Made by a program: the position numbers and the translations under genes. From the NCBI RefSeq assembly GCF_039654945.1, contig NW_027361687.1:34782001-34846000 (forward strand): a stretch of DNA of 64,000 nt, given 5' to 3'. Under the pieces are notes generated by a model. That model was not told the origin of the DNA. It did not search any database and saw only the letters and a program-made list of their open reading frames with translations. Shown in pieces: positions 44,401 through 56,400 of this stretch (positions are counted from its first letter, which is position 1; every line of letters starts with the position of its first letter). Origin of the DNA: Dendrobates tinctorius (Eukaryota).

Positions 44401-47400
44401 ATCTGATCTCTAGTGATGGATAGGAGGCATTCTCAGTGATGTCACCACTGATCTCTAGTGATGGATAGGCGGCATTCTCAGTGACGTCACCTCTGATCTC
44501 TAGTGATGGATAGGCGGCATTCTCAGTGATGTCACCACTGATCTCTAGTGATGGATAGGCGGCATTCTCAGTGATGTCACCACTGATCTCTAGTGATGGA
44601 TAGGAGGCATTCTCAGTGATGTCACATCTGATCTTTAGTGATGGATAGGCGGCATTCTCAGTGATGTCACCACTGATCTCTAGTGATGGATAGGAGGCAT
44701 TCTCAGTGATGTCACCTCTGATCTCTAGTGATGGATAGGAGGCATTCTCAGTGATGTCACCTCTGATCTCTAGTGATGGATAGGAGGCATTCTCAGTGAT
44801 GTCACCTCTGATCTCTAGTGATGGATAGGAGGCATTCTCAGTGATGTCACCTCTGATCTCTAGTGATGGATAGGAGGCATTCTCAGTGATGTCACTGCTG
44901 ATCTCTAGTGATGGATAGGAGGCATTCTCAGTGATGTCACCTCTGATCTCTAGTGATGGATAGGAGGCATTCTCAGTGATGTCACCTCTGATCTCTAGTG
45001 ATGGATAGGAGGCATTCTCAGTGATGTCACTGCTGATCTCTAGTGATGGATAGGAGGCATTCTCAGTGATGTCACTGCTGATCTCTAGTGATGGATAGGA
45101 GGCATTCTCAGTGATGTCACTGCTGATCTCTAGTGATGGATAGGAGGCATTCTCAGTGATGTCACCTCTGATCTCTAGTGATGGATAGGAGGCATTCTCA
45201 GTGATGTCACTGCTGATCTCTAGTGGTGGATAGGAGGCATTCTCAGTGATGTCACTGCTGATCTCTAGTGATGGATAGGCGGCATTCTCAGTGATGTCAC
45301 TGCTGATCTCTAGTGATGGATAGGCGGCATTCTCAGTGATGTCACTGCTGATCTCTAGTGGTGGATAGGAGGCATTCTCAGTGATGTCACTGCTGATCTC
45401 TAGTGATGGATAGGAGGCATTCTCAGTGATGTCACCTATGCTGTTTCAGTTTATTCTGATTAGACTTTCAGCCATACATGGACATTTATGTAATGGTATA
45501 TACTTAGTTTATCATCTATTGTATTTGTTATACTTTGCTGCCATCTACTGGCCATTGCTGTATTACACTGTAATATTTTGTTATGATACTTTCCCATAAT
45601 ACCTCTCTGTCTATAGCTCCTCCTATCTTTTTCGTTCTGTTTCCTGTTTTTATACTCCGGGCCATCTTGTAACACACATGGGCTGCAGAGCTGGAGAAAG
45701 GATTCTCTTGTTACCTCCAACCTGGAGCTCTTATCATCTCTAATCTGGTGCTTCTATAACAGCTCTAACCTACAGTCCTCACTCCTAAATCATCTCCATT
45801 TCTTCATCTTCCTTGACATCTCAGCTCATGAAGGTACTGTAAATAAAGCCTGTTGAATTAATCACTGCATCATCCTTCCGGACCACCACGCGCCGCTGAT
45901 AGGGATTGGGAGCACAGGCTGGCGAGTAACGCTATCCGCCATTGTTTATATAAAGATTTGTGTTCACATCCCTCAGACACATCTCATCCACATCTATCGG
46001 TGGCAGAATAGTAACAAGAGACCTAAGTCTACAGTTGTCTGTGTGTATATGCATTATCTGCTTGCAAGTCTTAACCGTCCACCATCTTAGCTAAAACATG
46101 CCACAAAAGGCACCGTGGACCCATCTGCCAGTGAAGCACATCAGGTTCCTGACACCATAGATGCTGCAGGAGCAGAGTCCGCACTTACTGCAGAGCAAGA
46201 TGTACGACCCAAACGTGTAACCAGGCCGACACAAAAGGTCAGAGAGAACTTTGAGATTACTGACGAGTTCCATGATAACCTAGAACATTTATGGGGCAGA
46301 GTTGATCACTATTTAGCAGCTCTTCCACGCTCTCACAGTGACGCCGCAGATTTAACCGCCAAATTTTACAGTTTATCTGCCGCCTATGATCGCTACCAGA
46401 GACTGTCTGCAAGGTACATCACATTCCTGAATAACTGACATGGAAGACGCCCCAGCAGAACTAGCTGAAAGGGAAACTCTTCTCCAAGAAAAGACCTCAT
46501 TAGTACGAGATGCCCAGGATAAAGCAGAACTCCGCATCGCTCACCTCCAAGAAGCCAGGTCACATCGCACAACATCAACCAAAATCACATCTTCGTCTTC
46601 CAGATCATCTCACTCCAGGAAGTCAACATTGTCCGACAAGATACTGGAGATCCGTGCGGCTGCAGAGGAAGCTAGAGTAAAAAGCTCCTTTGCTAAGAGG
46701 GAGGCTGAAGTGGAAGTAGAAGCCCAAATGGAAGCTCAAAGGAAATTAAAAATACTCCAAGCAGAAAGGGAAGAAGCAACAGCCCTTGCTAAACTGAAGG
46801 CTCTTGAACAAGCATTGGGACAAGAAGATAATTTGGATTGTCTTATTCCAGGAGAAATGGAGGACTCAGCTGATCGCACTTCTGACTACGTTCTAAGACA
46901 TTTAACGTCTGCACCAGCACCACCTCCAGTTTCTAACACGGATGCGCCCGCAAGTCAAGAAATGTTGCCACCTACTGCCAAGGTAACTTCCAGCACTAAC
47001 TCACAATTTAGGCCACAGCCAGCAGAACCTATAGAGACTAAACCGCAGTTTAACCCTTATGCCGCATCATTTCGTCCTGATTTGTCGCAGTCATATAAGC
47101 CAGAGAACTTATATCCCCTAAGGATACCACAAGTTCATCCTGCAACAATGACCGGGAGATCGGACATGTCTGACTTCGCCAGATACATGATTTGCTGGGC
47201 GTTAATAAACATTAGTCTCTCGAAGTTTGATGATCGTGCCGAGAATTATAGAGCCTGGAAATCGACCTTTCAAGCAGTGATCCAAGACCTTAAGGGCAGT
47301 TCATGTGGACTATTCAGATGCAGGTTTTATTGCAGCCTGGGAGAGACTGGAACAAACCTATGGCAGCTCAGAAGCCATAGAATGTGCCTTATATAAAAGA

Positions 47401-50400
47401 CTGCAAACTTTCCCAAAGATAACTAACAAGGACAATAGAAAACTTCAAGATCTGAGTGACCTGCTAAAGGAAATAGAATTGGCAAAATTAGACCCACGTC
47501 TCTCAGGACTTAGCTACCTAGATACTGCTCATGGCGTTAATCCAATAGTGTCCAAGTTGCCCCACAGCATGCAGAATAAATGGGCAGACCACGGCTCACG
47601 GTATAAAAGGCAGCATGATGTGTCCTTTCCCCCCCTTTTCACATTTTTCCAGGTTCATCAGTGACCAAGCTCGGAAGAAGAATGATCCCAGCTTCGACTT
47701 CACTGAGCCTACTCCACCAGCATCATCATCATCTACAAGGTATGATAACATTGCCAAACGTAGAGATTCAAGGAACACAGTATCCGTGAGAAAGACTGAC
47801 GTTCCACTTACTACACATGCCTTCACTAAAACAAATAATATTGCTCCTAAAGTCATGGACAGTAACCGTATGTGCCCTATCCACAAAAGGCCTCACCAAC
47901 TTAAAGAATGCCGTGGATTCAGAGCAAGGACATTGCAGGAGCGTAAAGATACCCTCAAGGAGCTTGGCATATGTTATAAGTGTTGCGCCTCCTCAGACCA
48001 CCTCGCTAAGGACTGTAAGGCCGCCATTACGTGCACTGAATGCAGCAGTGATAAACACGTCACAGCCTTGCATCCCACGCCGGCTCCATAAAACTCGCAA
48101 CCTTCTGCGACATCCAATCCTGCTCAAAAGCATGGCGGGGAGCCACAAGTTCCTGATCCAACTGCAACTGCTGTCTCCTCATGTATTGAGATATGTGGAG
48201 AAGGAACTGTTCCTAAATGCTGTGCCAAGGTATGTCTGGTTAAGGTCTATCCAGAAGGACAACCTGACAAGGCCTCCAAAATGTATGCTATAATAGATGA
48301 GCAAAGTAACTGATCTCTAGCAAGGCCCAAATTCTTTGAGATCTGTAACATAAAGGGACAAACGACTCCATACACCCTCAACACCTGCTCTGGTCGTATT
48401 GAGACTTCTGGCAGGATAGCCTCTGGGTACATAGTCTCCTCAATAAAGGGAAATGAGCATATACCTTTGCCAACCCTAATTGAATGTGACCAGATACCTG
48501 ATAACGGAGGAGATTCCCACTCCGGAAGCCGCGCTTCATCACCACTTGAGGCACCTGACTAAAGAAATCCCTCCTCTGGACATGAATGCTGATATTCTGG
48601 TCCTACTCGGGAGGGACATTTTGAAAGTCCACAAGGTGCGCCAACAATGTAACGGCCCAGATGATGCTCCATACGCCCAAAGACTCGACCTAGGCTGGGT
48701 GATCGTCGGCGATGTATGTTTGGATAGGAGTCACAAGGCATCCGAAGTCAATGCCTGTAAAACTTATGTGCTCCAAAATGGTCGCGCAACTCACTTTAAG
48801 CCATGCCCTCATCACTACGAAGTGAAAGGTTCTCTGATTGCATCCAAGAGCCTGACATCATTCCTACTCCCTATGGTGATGACTTTGGGAGAACAGTGTT
48901 TCACACAGCAAAAGATGACAACAAAGTCGTCTTATCCATAGAAGACAAGGAGTTTCTTAAAATGATGGACAGTGGATTCTTCAAAAACGAATCTGACCTC
49001 TGGGTTGCTCCCTTACCCTTCAAGGCTTCAAGGACCAGGCTTCCTAACAGAGAACAGGCCTTATCTAGATTCATCTCATTGCAGAGAACATTGAGGAACA
49101 AGCCTGAAATGAAGGAAAATTTCATAGCCTTTATGGACAAGATATTTCGCAATGACCAGGCAGAGCCAGCTCCACCATTGCAAGCTGATGAAGAATGCTG
49201 GTATCTACCTTCCTTTGGAATATATCATCCAAGAAAGCCGAAACAAATCAGATTGGTGTTCGATTCAAGCACCAAACATGACGGCGTATCTCTGAATGAC
49301 GTTTTCCTCACTGGTCCGAACCTGACTAATAACCTGGTGGGAGTGCTCATGAGATTCAGAAAGGAACCGGTCGCCATTACCGCCGACATCGAACAAATTT
49401 TCCATTGTTTCGTCGTGCAACAAGATCACAGAAATTATCTCCGTTTTCTATGGCACCGAGACAATGACACCAACAAGGAAATTGTCGAGTACCGCATGAA
49501 GGTGCACATGTTCGGAAACAGTCCTCCTGCAGTCGCTACATACGGCCTGCGTAGGACAGCCTCCGATGGCGCAGCAGAGTTCGGGAAGGATGCCCAACAG
49601 TTCGTTGAAAAGGACTTCTATGTGGAGGACGGCCTTTAATCCCTGCCCACAGCGGAAGAAGCCATAGATCTGCTCAAACGGACACAAGGTATGCTTTCTA
49701 AAGCTCATTTAAGATTGCATAAAATTGCCTCCAATAGTGCTGTTGTCATGAAGGCCTTTCACCCTAATGATCATGCCGTGGAATTTAGGGACTTGAATCT
49801 AGGCCCAGATAATCCACCAGTGCAGAGAAGCCTAGGCCTGAGGTGGAACTTGCTAAAGGACTCCTTCAGCTTTCAGGTTAGTGGTGCGGAAAAACCATTT
49901 ACCAAGCGCGGGGTTCTGTCAGTGGTGAACAGTCTCTATATGATCCACTTGGGAGCAATGCACCTAGGATTTCACTGATTGAGCGCCTTTGCCGGCTGCC
50001 GCAGTGTTTTCTTTGACTGAGGTCAGTGATTGTTTCGGATGTTGGTCTACTAGGCATTGCTCCCACCTAGCCAGAATCCTACTCCACACTGAGGGGCAAC
50101 ACCCCGAAACAGCTGTCTGTGGATGGATACCTGGCCTTGGTATTTCCCTTGTCATATCTGTAAACTCGTAAAGAACTGGACATTGACTTAAAGGGCCACT
50201 TAATATGGTGGTAATGGTGGTTTCCGAAAGGAACCACCCCTTGGCTGGGTCCTTCCCTGGATGAAGATCTGGCTAGTCCCGTGATTGAGACTCTTAAATG
50301 AGGCTCCACGGACTTTATTTGCATATTCGCATTTCCCAGGGAGCAATGCACCTAGGATTTCACTGATTGAGCGCCTTTTCCGGCTGCCGCAGTGTTTTCT

Positions 50401-53400
50401 TTGACTGGTCTCCCTGAGGTCAGTGATTGTCGCACCCCTGACTATACAAGGCAAGCTCCTGCTGAGACAACAGTGCATTAAGGACTGGGATGTACCACTC
50501 CCTGTGGACCAACAACTAAGGTGCAAGTCGTGGAGAGAATCTCTTTGCGCCTTGGATAAGATCCACATACCACGTTGTTACACTCCGGCATCCCTAGCTA
50601 CGAGTCAAAGGAAAGAGATTCATGTATTCGCTGATTCTTCCACTGAAGCTATTGCTGCTGTCGCTTACTTGAAGATTGTAGACTATAACAATGCAGCCCA
50701 TGTTGGATTTCTGTTTGGAAAGGCTAAACTGGCTCCTAAACCCGAGCACACCATACCCAGACTCGAGCTCTGTGGGGCTGTACTAGCCATAGAGATTGCA
50801 GACTTCATACAGAGCGAACTAGCTATTCACGTGGATGACACAAAATTCTACACAAACAGTAAGGTAGTTCTGGGCTACATATATAACCAGACGAAACGCT
50901 TCTACGTCTGTCAGTAACCTCGTGGAAAAAATCAGGAAATCCTCTAAGCCCCAGCAATGGCAGCATGTCCCATCCCATCTTAACCCTGCGGACCTTGCTA
51001 CAAGACCAGTGTCTATTGATGCCTTCGCAAGCTCTTCTTGGTTAACAGGACCAGGGTTTCTTCACGACCAATGCGAAGAGACTGCCGTTGAAGACAGCTT
51101 CAACCTTCAGGATCCAGATGTCGACCCAGAGATCCGTCCTGATGTCAGCACATTCATTACCAAATTCAAAGAGAAGGTTGGCATGGACTGTCGGCGTTTT
51201 GATCGCTTCTCAAGATGGACGAGGTTGGTTCATGCCATTGCAAGGTTATTACACATTGTACAATGCTATCGCAATAAGGACAGTAACACTGATTGTCATG
51301 GTTGGCATATCTGCCATAAGCCTCTCTCTGCAGAAGACATTGCTCTGAGTGAACTCTGTGATACGCAATGTGCAGCAGAATGTTTTTCACAAGGAACTGG
51401 AATGTATACGTAAGAAACAAGACGTTCCTATAAACAGCCCCATTGTCAACTTAAACCCAATAATAGACGAGAGGTGTTTATTGAGAGTTGGTCGTTTAAA
51501 CAAGGCTAAATTGGATGAGGCAGAAAAGAATCCTCTAATTATTCCTAGTCATCACCATATCACCACTTTACTAATACGACATTACCATGAAAAAATCAAA
51601 CATCAAGGCAGACACTTCACTGAAGGAGCCATAAGCTGCGGGCCTCTGGATTGTGGGAGCAAAGAGACCGATTTCCCGTTTAATACATCATTGTGTTCAG
51701 TGTCGTAAGACAAGAGGAAAACTGCAACAACAGATGTCTGATTTGCCTGCCGATAGGACAAGCACAGAGCCTCCATTTACCTATGTTGGCTTGGACGTTT
51801 TTGGCCCATGGGCAGTCGCTGCACGTCGTACCAGAGGCGGACATGCAGAAAGTAAATATTGGGCGGTGTTCATGTGCATGAGTGTACGAGTAATACACAT
51901 AGAAGTGATAGTCTATGGATTCCTCCAGTTTCATCAATGCCCTAAGACGATTCTTCTCCATCAGAGGACCAGTAAAACAATTAAGATCTGATTGTGGAAC
52001 AAACTTTGTAGGGGCCTGTCGAGAAGTACAACTGAATTCAACACCAGTCCAAAACTTAAACTTCTTGACAACCAATGGCTGTACCTGGATCTTCAATCCT
52101 CCCCATGCTTCCCATATGGGCGGATCATGGGAAAGAATGATAGGCATTACTCGTCGGATACTGGAATCTATGCTGATGGACTCAAATCTTTCAAGACACA
52201 CTCATGAGACCTTGACCACTTTCTTAGCAGAAGTCTCTGCTATAGTAAACGCAAGACCCCTTGTACCCATATCTATAGATCCAGAATCTCCTACTATTCT
52301 CCCCCCCCCCCCCCCCCCCCGCAACTGCTCACCCAGAAACTTGGAACTGTTCCTAACCCGCCTGAAGATTCTGTGTCCGGTGACAAATATCAGAAACGGT
52401 GGAAGCATGTGCAACATCTGGCTAATTGTTTCTGGAATAGATGGAAGGAGTACCTGACACTTCTCCAAAAGCGAAGAAAATGGCAACAAGTAAAGCCAAA
52501 TTTACAAGTAGGAGATATTGTCCTCATGAAAGACCAGAGGGAGGAAAGAAACGCATGGCCTATGGGACTTATATCTAAAACCTTTACAAGTGACGATGGC
52601 AAGGTACGCAAGGTAGAAGTGACAGTTGCTAAGCAAGGTAACCCCAAATCCTTCATTAGGCCTATATCAGACATTATCTTACTCATACCAGTTGAGGATT
52701 GATTATCCATCCAATCAGTAGGAACTCTTTCAAGGAACTTAGGCCTTTGGATTACAAATGGGTTGGAGACAGTTTGGCTTAGCGCGGCTACTCCAATCCG
52801 AAGATGGGCTATCCTTTGGATTACTTCAGGAACTCGTTATAGACATTCGTCTATCTTGTTAAACAATATGTTATTGTCGCATTGCATGCATTGTTTTTTT
52901 ATCTTACAGGTTGAGGTATCCCTCCATGTACTTCAGGTAAACACTCCCAATTCGAGACTGTTGATATGTGAAATCCAAGGATTTCAGACGGGGAGTGTGC
53001 TGTTTCAGTTTATTCTGATTAGACTTTCAGCCATACATGGACATTTATGTAATGGTATATACTTAGTTTATCATCTATTGTATTTGTTATACTTTGCTGC
53101 CATCTACTGGCCATTGCTGTATTACACTGTAATATTTTGTTATGGTACTTTCCCATACTACCTCTCTGTCTATAGCTCCTCCTATCTTTTTCGTTCTGTT
53201 TCCTGTTTTTATACTCCGGGCCATCTTGTAACACACATGCGCTGCAGAGCTGGAGAAAGAATTCTCTTGTTACCTCCAACCTGGAGCTCCTATCATCTCT
53301 CATCTGGTGCTTCTATAACAGCTCTAACCTACAGTCCTCACTCCTACCTCATCTCCATTCCTTCATCTTCCTTGACATCTCATCAAGGTAGTGTAAATAA

Positions 53401-56400
53401 AGCCTGTTGAATTCATCACTGTATCATCCTTCCGGACCACCACGCGCCGCTGATAGGGATTGGGAGCACAGGCTGGCGAGTAACGCTATCTGCCATTGTT
53501 TATATAGAGATTCGTGATCACATCCCTCAGACACATCTCATCCACGTATATCGGTGGCAGAATATCACCGCTGATCTCTAGTGATGGATAGGCGGCATTC
53601 TCAGTGATGTCACTGCTGATCTCTATGAAAAATGAGGATGAATGAACTCATGGAGATCAACATCCAACACCGGAGACACCATCACGTTTCTCAACGCAGT
53701 GATTCTAGAGCAATGCCCCCATCCCTTATGGGAAATATGTAAAAACATGCAAAACACAAGCCGCGGAGACACCATCACGTTTCTCAACGCAAGCAATGGC
53801 TAGCCAGGTCTTTCCCCAGGAAGGAACAACCACGGGAAGGGCAGTCTCCAATTAAGGAAACCACCTATGCCAAAACATGGTATCCATCCACAGACAGCTG
53901 TTTCGGGGTATTACCCCTCATTATTGTGGAGTAGGAAACTGGCCAGTAGGAGCAATGTCTAGTAGAAAATCTCTAGTGATGAATAGGAGGCATTCTCAGT
54001 GATGTCACTGCTGATCTCTAGTGATGGATAGGCGGCATTCTCAGTGATGTCACCTCTGATCTCTAGTGATGGATAGGAGGCATTCTCAGTGATGTCACCA
54101 ATGATCTCTAGTGATGGAGAGGCGGCATCAGTGATGTCACCGCTGATCTCTAGTGATGGACAGGAGGCATTCTCAGTGATGTCACTGCTGAGCTGTAGTG
54201 ATGGATAGGTGGCATTCTGTGATGTCACCGCTGATCTCTAGTGATGGATAAGGGGCATTCTCAGTGACGTCACTGCTGATCTCTAGTGATGGGGTTAGGC
54301 GGCATTCTCAGTGATGTCACTGCTGATCTCTAGTGATGGATAGGAGGCATTCTCAGTGATGTCACCGCTGATCTCTAGTGATGGATAGGCCTGGGCGGGG
54401 AGAGCTCAAGCACCTGACAGAAAGGAGTGCGGCAGACTTATAAGGGGCTGAGCGCGGGAAGGCGACTACAGAGCAGGACGAAGGTTGTCTCTCTCCTCAA
54501 CTGACGCCAGCCCTCTGCAGACTGTCCGCCTTTTACTCCCTTTACGCAGTGTCCCTCCACAAATGAGACCCATAACACAGCCGAGCCAGAGGCTGTTCCA
54601 ACCACTCTCCAACAAAACTTCCAATTGATAAGTCATTACTTTCACTTTTACCCCTTTTGTTGTGTTTTGCTGTATAGTTCACTAGTTGCATTAACACCTC
54701 CCTGCGCAGAGGTTTCCTTTAATACATATTCAATATTTGCTGAAGTAAACTTTTGTTAACCCCTTCTCTGCCTCCTGTTTCCTGCATCTAACGAACCTTT
54801 ACATTTTGGCGTAGTCAGCAGGATGCAGTCCAGCAGCATGGAGTCGGCAGAACAGGCAGCTGGACCCAGGACCAGTATCTCCCTGGGGGCCATGTTAAGC
54901 AATTTGCCCAAATACATGGGGTCTAACACTATGTTGTGGAGTTGGACCAAGCGCATGAGAGGAATGTTGAGAATGCACCCAATGACTCCCGCGCTAGAGG
55001 CTGAGGTGGCCATTATGGCCCTGGATGGAGAGACTCGCGCCCCCCGAGACCGTGACATGACCAAAGTACGGCAGATTTTGGAAGCAACCCAGGGGGACCC
55101 CACTGATGTAGGGGAACTTAGGATTCACCTATTTAGCCGTATGCAAAGGGAGGGGGAGACGGTGACGCAGTATATGCCGTACAAGAGTTGCATACCGCCA
55201 TTGTTAGGACGGAGTGGGAATAGGGCCAACAGATGTCGTGCTGCGTGATTTGTTGGTGACTGGGCTACTGGACGTCCTGACAAAACAGACCCTGAGGGAG
55301 CGAGTACTGGTAGACCCCTGCATCTCTTTTGCTAACATAGGGAGGGAGGCCCGCTTACGTGAACAAGAGCCGAGGGTGACGGTTCCGGTAGGGAAGATCC
55401 AGAGTGGGGAAGCAACAGTGGATGCTGTCACTGAACCCCCTGGGTTGAAGAGATGAGGAAAGAGCTGTTGAATATCCAAGGAGAATTGGCTCAGATGAAG
55501 GAAAAAGCTGAAACTGGTCCGAGCGCCAGTAGTGAGGCCAGAAGGTCCCGTCTGCCGAGGTCTGTCACCTGCTTCAACTGCAGAGAGATAGCCCGCGGTG
55601 GGGTGGACCTCTCCCACGCCGGCCGTTAAACTAGAGGGCTCCGAGCCTGGGGGACGTTGCCTGGAGCCAGAGTGGAAAGGAAGGAGTAGTGAGTCCCACA
55701 AACCTAGTGTCCCCATGCCCGCTAGTCTGGGCTGAATTTGACGGGTGAGCAGTGCGTTGTCTGGTGGATACGGGGTCTCAGGTGACCACGATGCCCGAAA
55801 CCTATTTCCATCTACATTTACCAGAGACTCTACAGCCCGAGTGGGGCCCGGTAGTAAAGTTGACAGCAAATCACCTGCCCATCCCGGTCGCAGGGGTGGT
55901 GTGGATGCAGGTTTCTCTGTCCGACCAAGACCTTGGACCAAAGGGTTTAGTGTTGACTCAGGGCGAAGCCGGACTCAGTCATACCGTCACTCTGGGGATG
56001 AACGTTCTGAAGGAATTCAGGAGATTGCTTCCGCTCACTTATCCCTGAAACAATGGAGCATCCATACCCCCCAGAGGCAAGTATTTCAACGACTGCTTCA
56101 TGCTGCTCAGGAGTCATCCAACCATGGAGAAACGCTGGGGAAGGTGACCGTGCCGAACTCCGCTAAACTCACTCTGCCCCCGGGGCAGACTGTGCTGACC
56201 CTGCCTGTTCGAGCCCACGCCCCGCTGGATGGGGTGGACGTATAGCTGGAACCCCCTTTAACTGAACCGCTGCCAGCCGGACTGGTGGTGGCATGATCTC
56301 TGGCCATTGTACGAGATGGAACCGTGCTGGTACGCTACGTTAACTTGACTGATCAAGAAGTAGTATTGTCACCAAGGAGTGAAGTAGCATGGATAGTGGG

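Larger units (their letters stand above)
46098..52702 (+). pseudogene. BEL/Pao gag-pol polyprotein, many frameshifts and stops
   Basis: Three Cys/His knuckles (CPIHKRPH, CYKCCASSDH, CTECSSDKH), protease YAIIDEQS, RT (RLVFD, TADIEQ, FYVEDGL), Pao RNase H (HVFADSS, TIPRLELCGA) and integrase (GLDVFGP, SDCGTNF, GGSWERMI). Confidence 0.92.
45437..53564 (+). mobile_element. BEL/Pao LTR retrotransposon, full length, coding region decayed
   Basis: LTRs at 45437-46010 and 52996-53564; 5-bp TSD TCACC at 45432-45436 and 53565-53569; PPT before 52996. Confidence 0.95.

Noticed and set aside
52301-52320. 20-nt poly-C in BEL integrase as a programmed frameshift
   Set aside because: More simply a homopolymer expansion or sequencing error in an already decayed ORF.
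52763-53410. 215-aa hydrophobic ORF after BEL integrase as a possible env gene
   Set aside because: It runs through the PPT into the 3' LTR, has a non-ATG start, and shows no envelope features.
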